Positions 10,458 through 22,952 of a DNA stretch of 64,000 bases are shown piece by piece. Numbering within the stretch: position 1 is the stretch's first letter; each line of letters opens with the position of its first letter. The stretch comes from Candidatus Binatia bacterium (GTDB lineage: Bacteria > Desulfobacterota > Binatia > Bin18). Position numbers and translations under genes: made by a program. The stretch spans positions 1,696,001-1,760,000 of the forward strand of contig OY761159.2 in NCBI GenBank assembly GCA_963664395.2, given 5' to 3'. Below the pieces are notes generated by a model. It had not been told where the DNA came from. It saw only the letters and a list, made by a program, of their open reading frames with translations, and did not search any database.

Positions 10458-12031
10458 TACGCACCGCCCTCCAACGCCTGTCCTGAGCTACGACGCAGGG
10501 ACAGATAGTGCCGGACCTCTTCCGCATCATCAAAATGATACTGCGTTGTTCCCATAATCTGATAATCCTCGTGTCCCTTCCCGGCGATGACCACCACATC
10601 TCCTGGTTGGGCTTCGTCCAGCGCCCGTCGGATAGCGCTCCGTCGATCAGCAATGACCATATACCAGCCCGTGGCTACACCCGATCCCCGCACTCGGTCC
10701 GGCTCTTCTCGGGTCATACCCGTCCGGCTGAGTCCCGGTTCCGTTTCGGTCAAGATCTGGTCTGGGTTTTCGGTCCGGGGGTTGTCTGATGTTAAAACCA
10801 CCATATCACTCAGGCGACCGGCAACTTCCCCCATCAGTGGCCGCTTGCCTCTGTCTCGATCTCCGCCGCAGCCGAATACTGTGATCAGCCGCTTCGATGT
10901 TAAGGCACGAAAGGATGCCAGCGCCCTTTCCAGCGCATCGGGCTTATGGGCATAATCGACGAATACCTCAAATTGCTGTCCGACCGAGAGCGCTTCTAGC
11001 CGACCTGGTACACGACGACAGTGGGCGATCCCTTCACCCACCTTTTTGAGTGAGGCACCCAGGGCATGCGCAACCGTTGCCGCCGCAAGGATGTTGTAGA
11101 CATGCGGCTCACCAATTAAAGGCGACACAGCGGAGAGTGTATCTTTTCCAACCTGCAACTCAGCCTGGATACCAGCCAAACTATAGTTTACGCGCTGGAC
11201 AGAGACCGTTGTGTCCTTGTGGATACTATACGTCAGCACCGGATAGGGAAGTTGCTCCGCTAGCAGTTTCTGGCCCCAGGCATCATCAGCATTAATGACA
11301 GCAAAGCGGCGACGCTTTGGCGACCCGGCCAGACCGTCACGAAAGAGCCGCGCCTTTGCCGCAAAGTATGCCTCTGTATTGAGATGGTAATCCAGATGGT
11401 CACGGCCAAGATTCGTAAATACAGCACCATCCCACCGGCAGCCCCAAACCCGATCTTGAGCTAAGGCATGGGACGAGACCTCCATGATGACATGACTCAC
11501 TCCAGCCCTCACCATATCGTATAAGAGCGCTTGCAGTTCAACCGCCTCTGGGGTGGTGAGGGGGGCGGGACGCTCCTGATCTGCATACCGGTAGTTGACC
11601 GTTCCAATCACGCCCACAGTCCAGCCCAGCGCCTTGCCAATGGCTTCCAACACATACGTTGTTGTTGTTTTCCCACTTGTTCCAGTCACCCCGATCAAGG
11701 TCAGCCGTTCACTCGGCCGATGATAAAATTGATCGGCCATTGCCCCAAGAAGCCGGCGTGGATTCTCTGAGGTGATAACGGTCACACCGGAGGGCACCTC
11801 CATACCTGGCGGAGCGACGATGGCCCGGGCCCCCTGGTCGAGCGCTTGTTCAAGAAAGGCAGTCCCATCCATCTTCGTTCCCGGCAGTGCAAAAAAGAGC
11901 GCTCCTGGAGTCACACGCCGAGAGTCATACACGAGAGACTCGACCGGAATATCGATAGGGCCGTGAATCTGGAGCGCGGCTTCAGCTCGTCCAGCTGAAT
12001 CAAGAGGAAGGATCTGCCGCAACCAGGTCAT
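10457..12031 (-). CDS. murE: UDP-N-acetylmuramoyl-dipeptide--meso-DAP ligase
   Basis: [28 protein letters not shown] (DAP specificity) and AGKGHE motifs; stop overlaps the mraY start (TAATG). Confidence 0.95.
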   Translation of the reverse strand: MTWLRQILPLDSAGRAEAALQIHGPIDIPVESLVYDSRRVTPGALFFALPGTKMDGTAFLEQALDQGARAIVAPPGMEVPSGVTVITSENPRRLLGAMADQFYHRPSERLTLIGVTGTSGKTTTTYVLEAIGKALGWTVGVIGTVNYRYADQERPAPLTTPEAVELQALLYDMVRAGVSHVIMEVSSHALAQDRVWGCRWDGAVFTNLGRDHLDYHLNTEAYFAAKARLFRDGLAGSPKRRRFAVINADDAWGQKLLAEQLPYPVLTYSIHKDTTVSVQRVNYSLAGIQAELQVGKDTLSAVSPLIGEPHVYNILAAATVAHALGASLKKVGEGIAHCRRVPGRLEALSVGQQFEVFVDYAHKPDALERALASFRALTSKRLITVFGCGGDRDRGKRPLMGEVAGRLSDMVVLTSDNPRTENPDQILTETEPGLSRTGMTREEPDRVRGSGVATGWYMVIADRRSAIRRALDEAQPGDVVVIAGKGHEDYQIMGTTQYHFDDAEEVRHYLSLRRSSGQALEGGA

Positions 12032-12032
12032 C

Positions 12033-13994
12033 TCACCAGCCCGCTTCAAGCCTGAGTTCATACACAGATTCGCCAGTCTGCACCTCGTTTCGGACTCTCT
12101 GGTCCGTCACATAACCACTCCCATGGACAACGACCCGCACCCCGTTCACCGACGCTTTCCGCATGGCCGCCCGCAGGCTGAGACCGATAAAGTCATCGTC
12201 CTCGGAGCGGCTGGATAGCGTGTCCTCTCCCCCTGCACTCGGGGCTTCAGACGAAAACGCTGATTCAGAGGATAACTTTGCGGTCGAGAAATGAGGAGCC
12301 CGTGCCCATTGGACGTCCACGCCTTCTGCCGCACTCCCCGCAACCCCAAGGTAGGTAAGGGATTGACGCGCAATCGCTTGAAACACTGGTGCCGCGACAG
12401 TACCCCCATAGACGGCCGTCTGGGGCTCATCAATGGTCACTAAAATAACAAGTCGAGGCTGATCAGCAGGAACCATCCCAATAAAAGACGCGATCCGACC
12501 GGTCGCCGAATACCCGCCACGGGGATCAATTTTTTGCGAGGTTCCCGTTTTTCCCGCCACACGAAACCCTTTAATTTGCGCGCGCCAGCCCGTTCCTCCC
12601 GGCTCTACAACGTGCTCAAGCAAGGTCCGCATCCGCCGCGCGGTTTCGGGTCGAACAACCTGCCTGACCCGGGTTGGGCCATTGGCGTGAACGACTTCCC
12701 CCGCGCCATTCAAGACTTCACTCACCACATAGGGACGCATGAGCATGCCCTCATTGGCGAGCGCGGCATAAGCACAGGCCAACTGTAAGGGGGTAACTGC
12801 CACCCCCTGCCCAAAGCTGGCAGTCACAAGCTTGATCCGAGACCACGCCTGGAGCGAAGGGAGAATACCGTTTATCTCCCCAGGCAAATCAACCCCAGTT
12901 CTCTGTCCCAGCCCAAAGGCCCGGAGGTAGTCATAGTAGCGTTTTTCCCCTAAACGTTCGCCGATCTTAGCCGCGCCGATATTGCTTGATTTGGCCAAGA
13001 CACCGTCAACGCTGAGCCCGCCATAGGGATGCACGTCGTGAATAGTATGCCGGCCAACACGGTACGCGCCGTATTCGCAAAAAATGGGGTCCGCTTCTTT
13101 TACTTGTTTGGTATCCAAGGCGGCCGCAACTAATAATGCCTTGAGCGTTGATCCGGGTTCATAGCAGTCGCTAATCACGCGATTGCGGCGCGTATCAGGC
13201 GGGAAATCGCCAGGCGTATTCGGATCGAAGGTGGGCACTTGAGCAAGCGCAAGAATGGCAAACGTCTGGGGGTCAAGCATGACCACGGACCCAGCCTGCG
13301 CACGACTGTGCTGCACGGCGCGTTCCAGCTCGCGTTCGGCCACGTACTGAAGCGTAGTATCCAGAGTCAGACGTGCTTGGAACGTTTTGGGCTGCTGGGG
13401 ACTGCCATGGATCAAGATCGTTCGTCCACGCGCATCACGCTCACCAAATGTGCGGGTAACCGTGCCGAGCAAATAGCGATCATACGCCGCTTCGAGTCCT
13501 TCCAGTCCTTGGGCATCCACGCCGACAAATCCGAGCAGGGCAGCGGCTAATGTCCGGTGCGGATACACGCGGCGCTGCGTGCTCACGCTGCCAACGCCAG
13601 ACAGCGTGAGCGCTTTTATACGGCCGGCTTCTTGGGGCAAGACCCCCCGCTTGAGCCAGACAAACGGCGCGGCGGAATGGAGAATGGCATCAATCTGTTG
13701 CACAGGCAGAGAGAGGTGTTGTGCCAACACGGGAATCATTGTATCCGCGTGAGCCGGGAGTTTTGATGGACGTACAAAAAGTGATTCAGCCCCAACACTA
13801 AAGGCCAACCGCCGCGCGTTGCGATCGACAATAGCACCGCGCAGTGGCTTGACGTCCACGCGTTGACGGTATTGTCCGGCAGCGCGTTCTGCGAGCGCAT
13901 CCCCCTGCACCACAGTGAGGTGGACAAGACGAGCAAAAATAACAAGCAAGCCCACTGTCAATGCCCCTGCCACTAAACTGATCCGCCTCGACAT
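12033..13994 (-). CDS. ftsI: Penicillin-binding protein 3 (class B PBP) with C-terminal PASTA-like domain
   Basis: EPGSTLK (SxxK), KSSNIG (SxN) and GKTGT motifs. Confidence 0.93.
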   Translation of the reverse strand: MSRRISLVAGALTVGLLVIFARLVHLTVVQGDALAERAAGQYRQRVDVKPLRGAIVDRNARRLAFSVGAESLFVRPSKLPAHADTMIPVLAQHLSLPVQQIDAILHSAAPFVWLKRGVLPQEAGRIKALTLSGVGSVSTQRRVYPHRTLAAALLGFVGVDAQGLEGLEAAYDRYLLGTVTRTFGERDARGRTILIHGSPQQPKTFQARLTLDTTLQYVAERELERAVQHSRAQAGSVVMLDPQTFAILALAQVPTFDPNTPGDFPPDTRRNRVISDCYEPGSTLKALLVAAALDTKQVKEADPIFCEYGAYRVGRHTIHDVHPYGGLSVDGVLAKSSNIGAAKIGERLGEKRYYDYLRAFGLGQRTGVDLPGEINGILPSLQAWSRIKLVTASFGQGVAVTPLQLACAYAALANEGMLMRPYVVSEVLNGAGEVVHANGPTRVRQVVRPETARRMRTLLEHVVEPGGTGWRAQIKGFRVAGKTGTSQKIDPRGGYSATGRIASFIGMVPADQPRLVILVTIDEPQTAVYGGTVAAPVFQAIARQSLTYLGVAGSAAEGVDVQWARAPHFSTAKLSSESAFSSEAPSAGGEDTLSSRSEDDDFIGLSLRAAMRKASVNGVRVVVHGSGYVTDQRVRNEVQTGESVYELRLEAGW

Positions 13995-14003
13995 GTGCTC
14001 CTC

Positions 14004-14294
14004 CTACGGCAGGACAATGATCTGCTCAGGGCGAGGCAAATAGAGTCCAAGCCGGTCGCCGGCGAGCTGGGACAGACGGGTAGGAGCCGTGACCGCTTCC
14101 CATTCTACCGTGAGTACGTATTGTTCCTCTTTCAGTGCGTTGATGAGCTGCCGCGTATCTGCAAGCGCATACCCCGCAGAGACCACCTGAAGACGAATCC
14201 AGATGTGCGACAGGACCAGGGCCAGCCCAACAGCCGCAAGCACGCCATACCTGCCCCACACGAGCAACTTCCACATCATCCTCCTCCTTCGCAT
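14004..14294 (-). CDS. ftsL: Cell division protein FtsL
   Basis: Small TM plus coiled-coil protein ending LGLYLPRPEQI, between rsmH and ftsI. Confidence 0.8.
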   Translation of the reverse strand: MRRRRMMWKLLVWGRYGVLAAVGLALVLSHIWIRLQVVSAGYALADTRQLINALKEEQYVLTVEWEAVTAPTRLSQLAGDRLGLYLPRPEQIIVLP

Positions 14295-15271
14295 CTCTCA
14301 ACCACACGCAGGCGCGCACTCCGCGCACGCGTATTATCCACGACTTCCTGGGTGGTTGGTGCCAGCGGCTTTGTCGTTAACACACGGACCTGCGGTTCCC
14401 AGTCGCAGGCACACACCTGGAGCTGGGGTGGACAGATACACGCTGAAGCCCAGCGCCGGAAGGCGGTTTTCACCAGACGATCCTCAAGCGAGTGGTACGA
14501 GAGCACCACCATCCGCCCCCCAGGCCGCAACAACGTATACCCCTCCCGTAAAAATATTGCTAAGTGCTGTAGTTCTTGATTTACTGCGATGCGCAACGCC
14601 TGAAAGGTCTGTGTTGCCGCATGGACTCGATAGCGCTGATGACGGGCGGGCCTGCGGACAATGCGCTCGACAATTTTCGCAAGAGCCGTTGTCGTCGTTA
14701 TCGGCCCGTGTTCACGTTCCCGGAGGACTGCCCGGGCAATCGCTCTCGCTGCTCGCTCTTCTCCGAATTCTCGGAAAATATGGCGTAATTCTTCTTCACT
14801 GGAAGAATTAACAATATCAGCCGCGCTGGGCCCGTCACTTTGATCCATCCGCATGTCGAGTGGACCTGAGCGTAAAAAACTAAAGCCGCGCGTCCCATCT
14901 TCGACCTGGAGCGAGGAAAAGCCCAAGTCAAGGAGCACACCATCGACTCCCGCCCATCCCAACTCACTCAGGACGGCCGCCGCTTGGCTGAAATTCGCAT
15001 GAACTATTACACTCTGGCCGGCAAACGCTGCCAGCCGTTTTCGCGCGACTATCAGGGTACGTGGATCACGGTCAAGCCCGAGCAACCTGCCTCTTCCGCG
15101 ACTTTCCTCCAGCAGGGCAGCCGCGTGTCCGCCTCCCCCAAGTGTCCCGTCAAGAATATCACCGCCCAGACAGGGTTGCAGAAAGGAGAGCACCTGCTCC
15201 AGCATGACAGGGATGTGCACGGACGCTTGGGGTGGCTTAGCCGATTCTGAAGATATAGACGCTGCTAGCAT
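14276..15271 (-). CDS. rsmH: 16S rRNA m4C1402 methyltransferase
   Basis: HIPVML, DGTLGGGGH, PLDMRMD, YHSLEDRLVK and RARSARLR motifs. Confidence 0.96.
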   Translation of the reverse strand: MLAASISSESAKPPQASVHIPVMLEQVLSFLQPCLGGDILDGTLGGGGHAAALLEESRGRGRLLGLDRDPRTLIVARKRLAAFAGQSVIVHANFSQAAAVLSELGWAGVDGVLLDLGFSSLQVEDGTRGFSFLRSGPLDMRMDQSDGPSAADIVNSSSEEELRHIFREFGEERAARAIARAVLREREHGPITTTTALAKIVERIVRRPARHQRYRVHAATQTFQALRIAVNQELQHLAIFLREGYTLLRPGGRMVVLSYHSLEDRLVKTAFRRWASACICPPQLQVCACDWEPQVRVLTTKPLAPTTQEVVDNTRARSARLRVVERCEGGG

Positions 15272-15313
15272 TGAGGCTATTCTCTGCGCTGGTCCGTTTG
15301 TTTTGAATCTGCG

Positions 15314-15781
15314 CTATATTTCTGCCGCACCTGCGTTCAAATTACTGAATAATCTTGGGTCTTGAGCGAGGGCTTTTTCAGATTCTTCATTAAATTCTTG
15401 CCATATCGCCCTGTTCCATATCCGAAATTTCTCAAGCGCAGCAGCAAACATAACATCCTTCTTAAGGCCGGCATACTCTCTGAGGAGCGGGGGAATCAAA
15501 ATACGGCTTTGTTTATCAACTGTACATTCCTGGGCATTAGACAGATAAAAGGTCTCGATTTTTAAGAAATTTTGATCGAAACGGGGCTTTTTTCTCAAGT
15601 CTTGCTCAAAGTTCTCCCATTCCGCATAGGGGTAAACATCAAGACAGCGAAAGGATGCCAGGATGAATTTCGTGACAATCAGTCGGGAATCGTTCCTCCC
15701 AACCAATACTTCTCGAAATTTCGAGGGGATACTTACTCTTCCTTTCTCATCAATGGTATGTTCGAAACTACCACGAAACAC
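15314..15781 (-). CDS. mraZ: Transcriptional regulator MraZ
   Basis: MFRGSFEHTIDEKGRVSIP...DKQSRILIP; GTG start at 15781 (the longer ORF-track start runs through the operator). Confidence 0.95.
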   Translation of the reverse strand: MFRGSFEHTIDEKGRVSIPSKFREVLVGRNDSRLIVTKFILASFRCLDVYPYAEWENFEQDLRKKPRFDQNFLKIETFYLSNAQECTVDKQSRILIPPLLREYAGLKKDVMFAAALEKFRIWNRAIWQEFNEESEKALAQDPRLFSNLNAGAAEI

Positions 15782-15796
15782 GAATTTACCCCATTC

Positions 15797-15851
15797 CCCA
15801 CTTTCTCCCACTTTCTCCCACAACTATATGATGAGTCTTTTTTCGTGTCAA
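15797..15851 (-). promoter_or_regulatory. dcw sigma70 promoter with three MraZ-binding GTGGG boxes
   Basis: Minus strand TTGACA (15851-15846), 17 nt, TATAGT (15828-15823), followed by GTGGG-N5-GTGGG-N5-GTGGG at 10-bp periodicity (15821-15797). Confidence 0.88.
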
Positions 15852-15970
15852 GAAAAACCAAAGACTTTTGGGTAGGTTAGGCAGATAAGAGAACCAATGA
15901 GGAGCATTGACTCCGCTTCACTGCTTCGATACATCATGTCTTTATCAAGGAGGGAGGGTGTAGAGCTGAC

Positions 15971-16004
15971 AGCCTGGATACGGGGAGCCCATCCGGGCTT
16001 TTTT
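15971..16004 (+). terminator. Terminator-like hairpin plus U tract in the 5' leader of the serine operon
   Basis: AGCCTGGAT...ATCCGGGCT followed by TTTTT, ~20 nt upstream of the aminotransferase start. Confidence 0.4.
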
Positions 16005-16021
16005 ATGCGTGTAGCGTGGGT

Positions 16022-17182
16022 ATGCCAATGTTAAAACGATATTTGCTCACTCCAGGGCCAACTCAAGTTCCGCCCGAAGTTTTGCTGCGTATGTCGCAGC
16101 CCCTTATTCATCATCGTACCCCCGAGTTCAGCCAACGCTTTGCCGAAGTGCAAAGCGGCCTCCAATGGCTTTTCCAAACCACCCACGATGTGCTCATCCT
16201 TGCCGCCTCGGGCTCTGGGGCAATGGAAGCAGCCGTCACGAATACCTGCTCGCCTGGAGATTGTGTCATTGTTGTCAATGGCGGGAAGTTTGGTGAACGC
16301 TGGCTTAAAATTTGTGCGGCGGTTGGCGTGCAAACGGAAGAGATTTCGGTCGAATGGGGCCAGGCTGTTACGGTTGATGCGGTGGCCCAGGCGCTGCGGC
16401 GTCAGCCCAAAGCCAAGGCCATTCTCATGCAAGCCAGTGAGACCTCGACAACCGTCCTTCACCCTGTCAAAGACATTGCAGCCCTGACGCGCGACTCTGA
16501 GATATTGCTCGTTGTCGACGGCATTACTGCGGTTGGCGCAACCGATATCCCCATGGACCGCTCCGGTATTGATGTGCTCATCACTGGCTCACAAAAGGCC
16601 CTGATGCTGCCCCCGGGTCTCGCGTTTATCGCCCTCAGTCCGAAGGCCTGGCAACACACGGAGCAGGCACAGCTGCCACGTTTCTACTTTGACTTGCAGC
16701 GGGAGCGGAAGGAACAAGCCAAACATACCACCGCCTACACCCCTGCCATTTCTCTGATTACCGGCTTACACGAAGTTCTCCGGCAGCTTCAGGAGGAAGG
16801 GCTCGAACAGATATGGACTCGCCATACCGTGTTGATGACCGCGACACATGCAGCGGTCCGCGCCCTCGGTCTCCGCCTCTTGGCAGCGGACCATCCAAGC
16901 CCGGCCGTAACAGGCGTGTGGCTCCCGTCCACGGTTGATGGGGTGCGGTTACTCACGTATATGCGCGACGGTATGGGGGTCGATATTGCCGGCGGGCAGG
17001 GGCACCTCAAAGGGAAAATCGTTCGCATTTCTCACATCGGGTATGCCGGTCCTTTTGATGTCATCACAGCGATCAGCAGTCTTGAAATGGCCCTGAGTCG
17101 GTTTGGGGTCGCTCTCGCGCTGGGCAGGGGCGTCCAGGCTGCTGAAGCCGTTTTACTGCCAACCTGGCCGGCAGTCGTATGA
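16022..17182 (+). CDS. Class V PLP aminotransferase (serine-pyruvate/alanine-glyoxylate family; likely phosphoserine aminotransferase role)
   Basis: LLTPGPTQVP, HHRTPEF and GSQKALMLPPG (PLP lysine) motifs; upstream of serA. Confidence 0.88.
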   Translation: MPMLKRYLLTPGPTQVPPEVLLRMSQPLIHHRTPEFSQRFAEVQSGLQWLFQTTHDVLILAASGSGAMEAAVTNTCSPGDCVIVVNGGKFGERWLKICAAVGVQTEEISVEWGQAVTVDAVAQALRRQPKAKAILMQASETSTTVLHPVKDIAALTRDSEILLVVDGITAVGATDIPMDRSGIDVLITGSQKALMLPPGLAFIALSPKAWQHTEQAQLPRFYFDLQRERKEQAKHTTAYTPAISLITGLHEVLRQLQEEGLEQIWTRHTVLMTATHAAVRALGLRLLAADHPSPAVTGVWLPSTVDGVRLLTYMRDGMGVDIAGGQGHLKGKIVRISHIGYAGPFDVITAISSLEMALSRFGVALALGRGVQAAEAVLLPTWPAVV

Positions 17183-18798
17183 TCGGCCCGTCAGCGACGA
17201 GTATCAGAATGTCATATAAAGTGCTTATTACAGATCCGCTCGCCCCGCAGGGCGTAGCGCGGCTGCAAGCGCAGTCCGATATAGACTTTGCCGTCCAACC
17301 GGGACTGACCGAGCAGGAGCTTGCACAGCAGATTGGCCCGTATCATGGACTGATTATTCGAAGCGGAACACGGGTCACTCCAGAGGTCATTACGGCAGCA
17401 CAAAACCTGCGCGTGATTGGTCGGGCAGGCATCGGCGTCGATAATATCGATGTCGAGGCCGCAACCAGGCGTGGCATTGTGGTCATGAACACTCCTGGCG
17501 GGAATAACGTCACCACCGCCGAGCACACCATCTCTCTGCTCCTCGCTCTGGCCCGGAATATTCCGCAAGCAACCGCCTCGCTCAAAGCCGGCCACTGGCA
17601 GCGCTCACAATTCACGGGGACCGAAGTCTGCAATAAGGTCCTCGGCCTGGTCGGCCTGGGGAATATTGGCACCATTGTCGCAGAGCGCGCCCTGGGGCTG
17701 CGGATGCGGGTCGTTGCGTACGACCCCTTTGTCACCTCAGAAGCGGCCGCCAGGATGAATGTTGAACTCGCACCGCTTGACGAGCTGTATCGGCAAGCAG
17801 ATTTTATTACCGTTCATACGCCGCTGACAAAGGAAACGCGGGGTCTTATCGATGCAGGGGCCTTTGCGCACATGAAAGAGGGTGTCCGGATTATCAATTG
17901 CGCGCGGGGTGGGATCGTAGACGAGGCCGCCCTCCTTGAGGCGCTTGAGAGCGGCAAAGTCACGGGCGCGGCCCTGGATGTGTTTGTTGACGAGCCGCCC
18001 CCCACCGACCACCCCCTGCTACGGCGTCAGGATGTTATTTGCACCCCGCACTTGGGAGCCGCAACAGACGAGGCACAGATCAACGTCGCGATTGCCATTG
18101 CCGACCAAGTCGCCCATTTCCTCCAGCGGGGTGTCATTCAGAATGCCGTGAATTTTCCAGCCTTGAGTCAAGAGCAACTGATCATTTTGGAGCCGTATCT
18201 CCTCCTGGGAGAAAAACTCGGCAGCTTTCTGGCGCAGATTACGCCGCACGCCCCGCGTGAGATCCACATCGAGTACAGTGGGGACATTACTGCGTATGAG
18301 GTCGCGCCAGTCACCGCCGCAGTACTCCGAGGGGTGCTCAGTCCGCTTCTTGAACAGACGATCAATTATGTGAATGCACCGCTGATTGCTCGTGAGCGAG
18401 GCATACGCGTCGTCGAGTCCCGGAGCAACACTTCAAGTGACTTTTTGAATTCGGTCACTGTCAGCGTGCAGACCAGGGACAGTACGAACACCGCAGCGGG
18501 CGCGGTCTTTAGCAATCAGACCGTGCGGCTTGTGCGGGTCAATCATTTTCATCTGGAAGCCGTCCCTGAAGGGACGATTTTACTGCTGAACAATAAAGAT
18601 GTGCCTGGGGTGGTCGGTCAGGTGGGCACCCTCCTCGGCACCTTGGGGATCAATATTGCCGGTTTGGAACTGGGTCGAGAGAAAATCGGTGGAGAAGCCA
18701 TCTCCCTGATTCATGTCGATGACCAAGTCTCGCCTGATATCTTGGCGGCATTACGCAGACTCGACTCCATTCTGTCGGCCCAACTGATTCGTTTATGA
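17179..18798 (+). CDS. serA: D-3-phosphoglycerate dehydrogenase with ACT domain
   Basis: IGRAGIGVDNID, GLGNIG, INCARGG and TPHLGA motifs; C-terminal DVPGVVG ACT domain. Confidence 0.95.
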   Translation: MIGPSATSIRMSYKVLITDPLAPQGVARLQAQSDIDFAVQPGLTEQELAQQIGPYHGLIIRSGTRVTPEVITAAQNLRVIGRAGIGVDNIDVEAATRRGIVVMNTPGGNNVTTAEHTISLLLALARNIPQATASLKAGHWQRSQFTGTEVCNKVLGLVGLGNIGTIVAERALGLRMRVVAYDPFVTSEAAARMNVELAPLDELYRQADFITVHTPLTKETRGLIDAGAFAHMKEGVRIINCARGGIVDEAALLEALESGKVTGAALDVFVDEPPPTDHPLLRRQDVICTPHLGAATDEAQINVAIAIADQVAHFLQRGVIQNAVNFPALSQEQLIILEPYLLLGEKLGSFLAQITPHAPREIHIEYSGDITAYEVAPVTAAVLRGVLSPLLEQTINYVNAPLIARERGIRVVESRSNTSSDFLNSVTVSVQTRDSTNTAAGAVFSNQTVRLVRVNHFHLEAVPEGTILLLNNKDVPGVVGQVGTLLGTLGINIAGLELGREKIGGEAISLIHVDDQVSPDILAALRRLDSILSAQLIRL

Positions 18799-18805
18799 GT
18801 CTTGA

Positions 18806-21035
<2,230 letters not shown>

Positions 21036-21061
21036 AAAATGTAACAGGCTGATATCCTCAA

Positions 21062-21118
21062 ATTAGGAGTTGGGGAGCGGGGAAGCCCAGCCCCCAACTC
21101 CTAATCCCCAATCCCTAA
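21062..21118. repeat. Heptamer-type inverted repeat
   Basis: ATTAGGAGTTGGGG ... CCCCAACTCCTAAT (14-bp stem) followed by CCCCAAT-CCCTAA. Confidence 0.65.
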
Positions 21119-21145
21119 GAGACCCACGGGCGATGTGATTATTCT

Positions 21146-21865
21146 CTATGCATCAACGGTCTCGCCGGACAGCGCTACTCCGTCGAGATGGACAATGCTG
21201 TTAATACTATGAATCTCCGTCTCTCCGTTTGGAAAGAGAGAGACCTCGCTCACTCCGGTATTGCCAATTTTTTCAATCTGGCCGAATTGGTTCATATCCA
21301 GACCACGACAGTGCAACAGGAAAGCCCGCACCGCACCGCCGTGGGTCACCACGATAATCTGTTCGCCCCTATGGTCTCGGATAAACTGTTGACTCGATTG
21401 CAGTAAGCGACCTTGAAACTGGGCAAAGGTTTCGCCCCCGCCGCGTGGCAGGTCTTCGCCTTGTCGCAGCCGCGCCCATTCCTCGGCATGTCGGGTCGCC
21501 ACCTCAGACGTTGTCAGCCCACTCCAGGTGCCAATATCCATTTCACGCCACGCCGCTGTTTCAAGCGGCGTGACACCTAACACCTGGCCCAGGATATCTG
21601 CGGTGTCCCGCGCGCGACTGAGATCGCTGGTATAAATCGCCCGAATAGGCCGTTCTTCATTCTGGAGACGGCGGGCGAGCTGCCGCGCCTGGTCATAGCC
21701 CGTCTGGCTGAGCGGCGTGTCGGCCTGGCCCTGCCAGCGGTTTTCTTGATTCCAGACGGTCTCTCCGTGTCGGACCAAGAGTACACGAACGCCCTCACCT
21801 CTCCCTGCATCCCTTACGTCACTTGGCATGGCTGGCCTCGGTACCGCTCTGTAGCATGTCCACAC
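21146..21865 (-). CDS. Histidine phosphatase (phosphoglycerate mutase family)
   Basis: LVRHGETVWN, SDLSRA and VVTHGG motifs; start uncertain. Confidence 0.88.
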   Translation of the reverse strand: MWTCYRAVPRPAMPSDVRDAGRGEGVRVLLVRHGETVWNQENRWQGQADTPLSQTGYDQARQLARRLQNEERPIRAIYTSDLSRARDTADILGQVLGVTPLETAAWREMDIGTWSGLTTSEVATRHAEEWARLRQGEDLPRGGGETFAQFQGRLLQSSQQFIRDHRGEQIIVVTHGGAVRAFLLHCRGLDMNQFGQIEKIGNTGVSEVSLFPNGETEIHSINSIVHLDGVALSGETVDA

Positions 21866-21981
21866 GGGGATGGCTACAAGACCCGAGGCTCTCTGGATCG
21901 GACCGGATGCCCTCAGACGATTGGCATTTCAGCTGAGGGTATGCTAGCAGGGGGTGGATTTTCCGCCCGCGGAGGAGAGCT

Positions 21982-22869
21982 ATGCAGTACGGTGCGTTTC
22001 TGCCCCATCTTGGGCCACTGGCACAAGGGGATGTCCTCAACCGCCTCAAGACCACCGCCCAAACGGCTGAAGCGCTGGGCTTTGATTCTGTCTGGGTCGC
22101 CGATCATATTATTACGCCCAAGCAGATTGCCTCCCGCTATCCCTACAGTCCGAACGGCAGCTTTCCTCTGGACCCGCAGGCGCCTCTGCTCGAACCCCTG
22201 AGCGTGCTGAGTTTTGTAGCCGCCTGCACCCACAAGGTCCGGTTAGGCACGGCGGTACTCGTGCTGCCGCACCGCAACGCGATTGTCACGGCCAAGACGC
22301 TGGCCACCCTGGATGTCCTATCAGCAGGTCGGCTCATCTGCGGCGTGGGGGTCGGCTGGATGGAGGAAGAGTTCAATATTCTGAATGCGTCTTTTGCCGA
22401 CCGCGGTCCGCTCAGCGAAGAAACCATCGCGGTCATGAAGGAATTATGGACCAACGAAAACCCCTCGTTTACGGGTCGCTTTTACCAATTTAGCGAGGTC
22501 GGCTGTGAGCCACGACCCGTCCAAAAACCCCATCCGCCAATCCAGATTGGCGGCCATACCGGCCCGGCCTTGCGACGCGTGGTCGAACACGGCGACGGCT
22601 GGCCTGCCGTGGTGTTCAGCCCGCAAGAGTTTGCCCAGCGGGTAGATACACTCAAAGAAAAAGCGGCCAAGGCTGGCCGCGACCTGTCCGAGATTACCCT
22701 GTGTGTGTCCCCCCGCGGCAAGAAGCCAGACGAGATCCTCGACGATATTCCCCGCTACCAGGAACTCGGCGCAAGCTATCTGTATTTGGCCTTCTTTAAT
22801 TTCGCCCGGACGTATGCCGACATGATGAAGATGATGGAAAAGTTCGCCCGGGATGTGGGCGTAGCGTAG
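21982..22869 (+). CDS. LLM-class (probable F420-dependent) oxidoreductase
   Basis: GFDSVWVADH, LDVLSAGRL, GVGVGW and PVQKPHPPI motifs. Confidence 0.88.
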   Translation: MQYGAFLPHLGPLAQGDVLNRLKTTAQTAEALGFDSVWVADHIITPKQIASRYPYSPNGSFPLDPQAPLLEPLSVLSFVAACTHKVRLGTAVLVLPHRNAIVTAKTLATLDVLSAGRLICGVGVGWMEEEFNILNASFADRGPLSEETIAVMKELWTNENPSFTGRFYQFSEVGCEPRPVQKPHPPIQIGGHTGPALRRVVEHGDGWPAVVFSPQEFAQRVDTLKEKAAKAGRDLSEITLCVSPRGKKPDEILDDIPRYQELGASYLYLAFFNFARTYADMMKMMEKFARDVGVA

Positions 22870-22952
22870 TGCGGCAGAGCGGGTTTGCCGCATAGCTCTA
22901 TTGTCCCCGTTCCCTCCGAAACGCTCTACACAAGAAGCAGGAATGCGCAGGT

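Noticed and set aside
15782-15823. N-terminal extension of MraZ (MWEKVGESGEWGKF)
   Set aside because: It is the translation of the GTGGG operator repeats; the true start is GTG at 15781.
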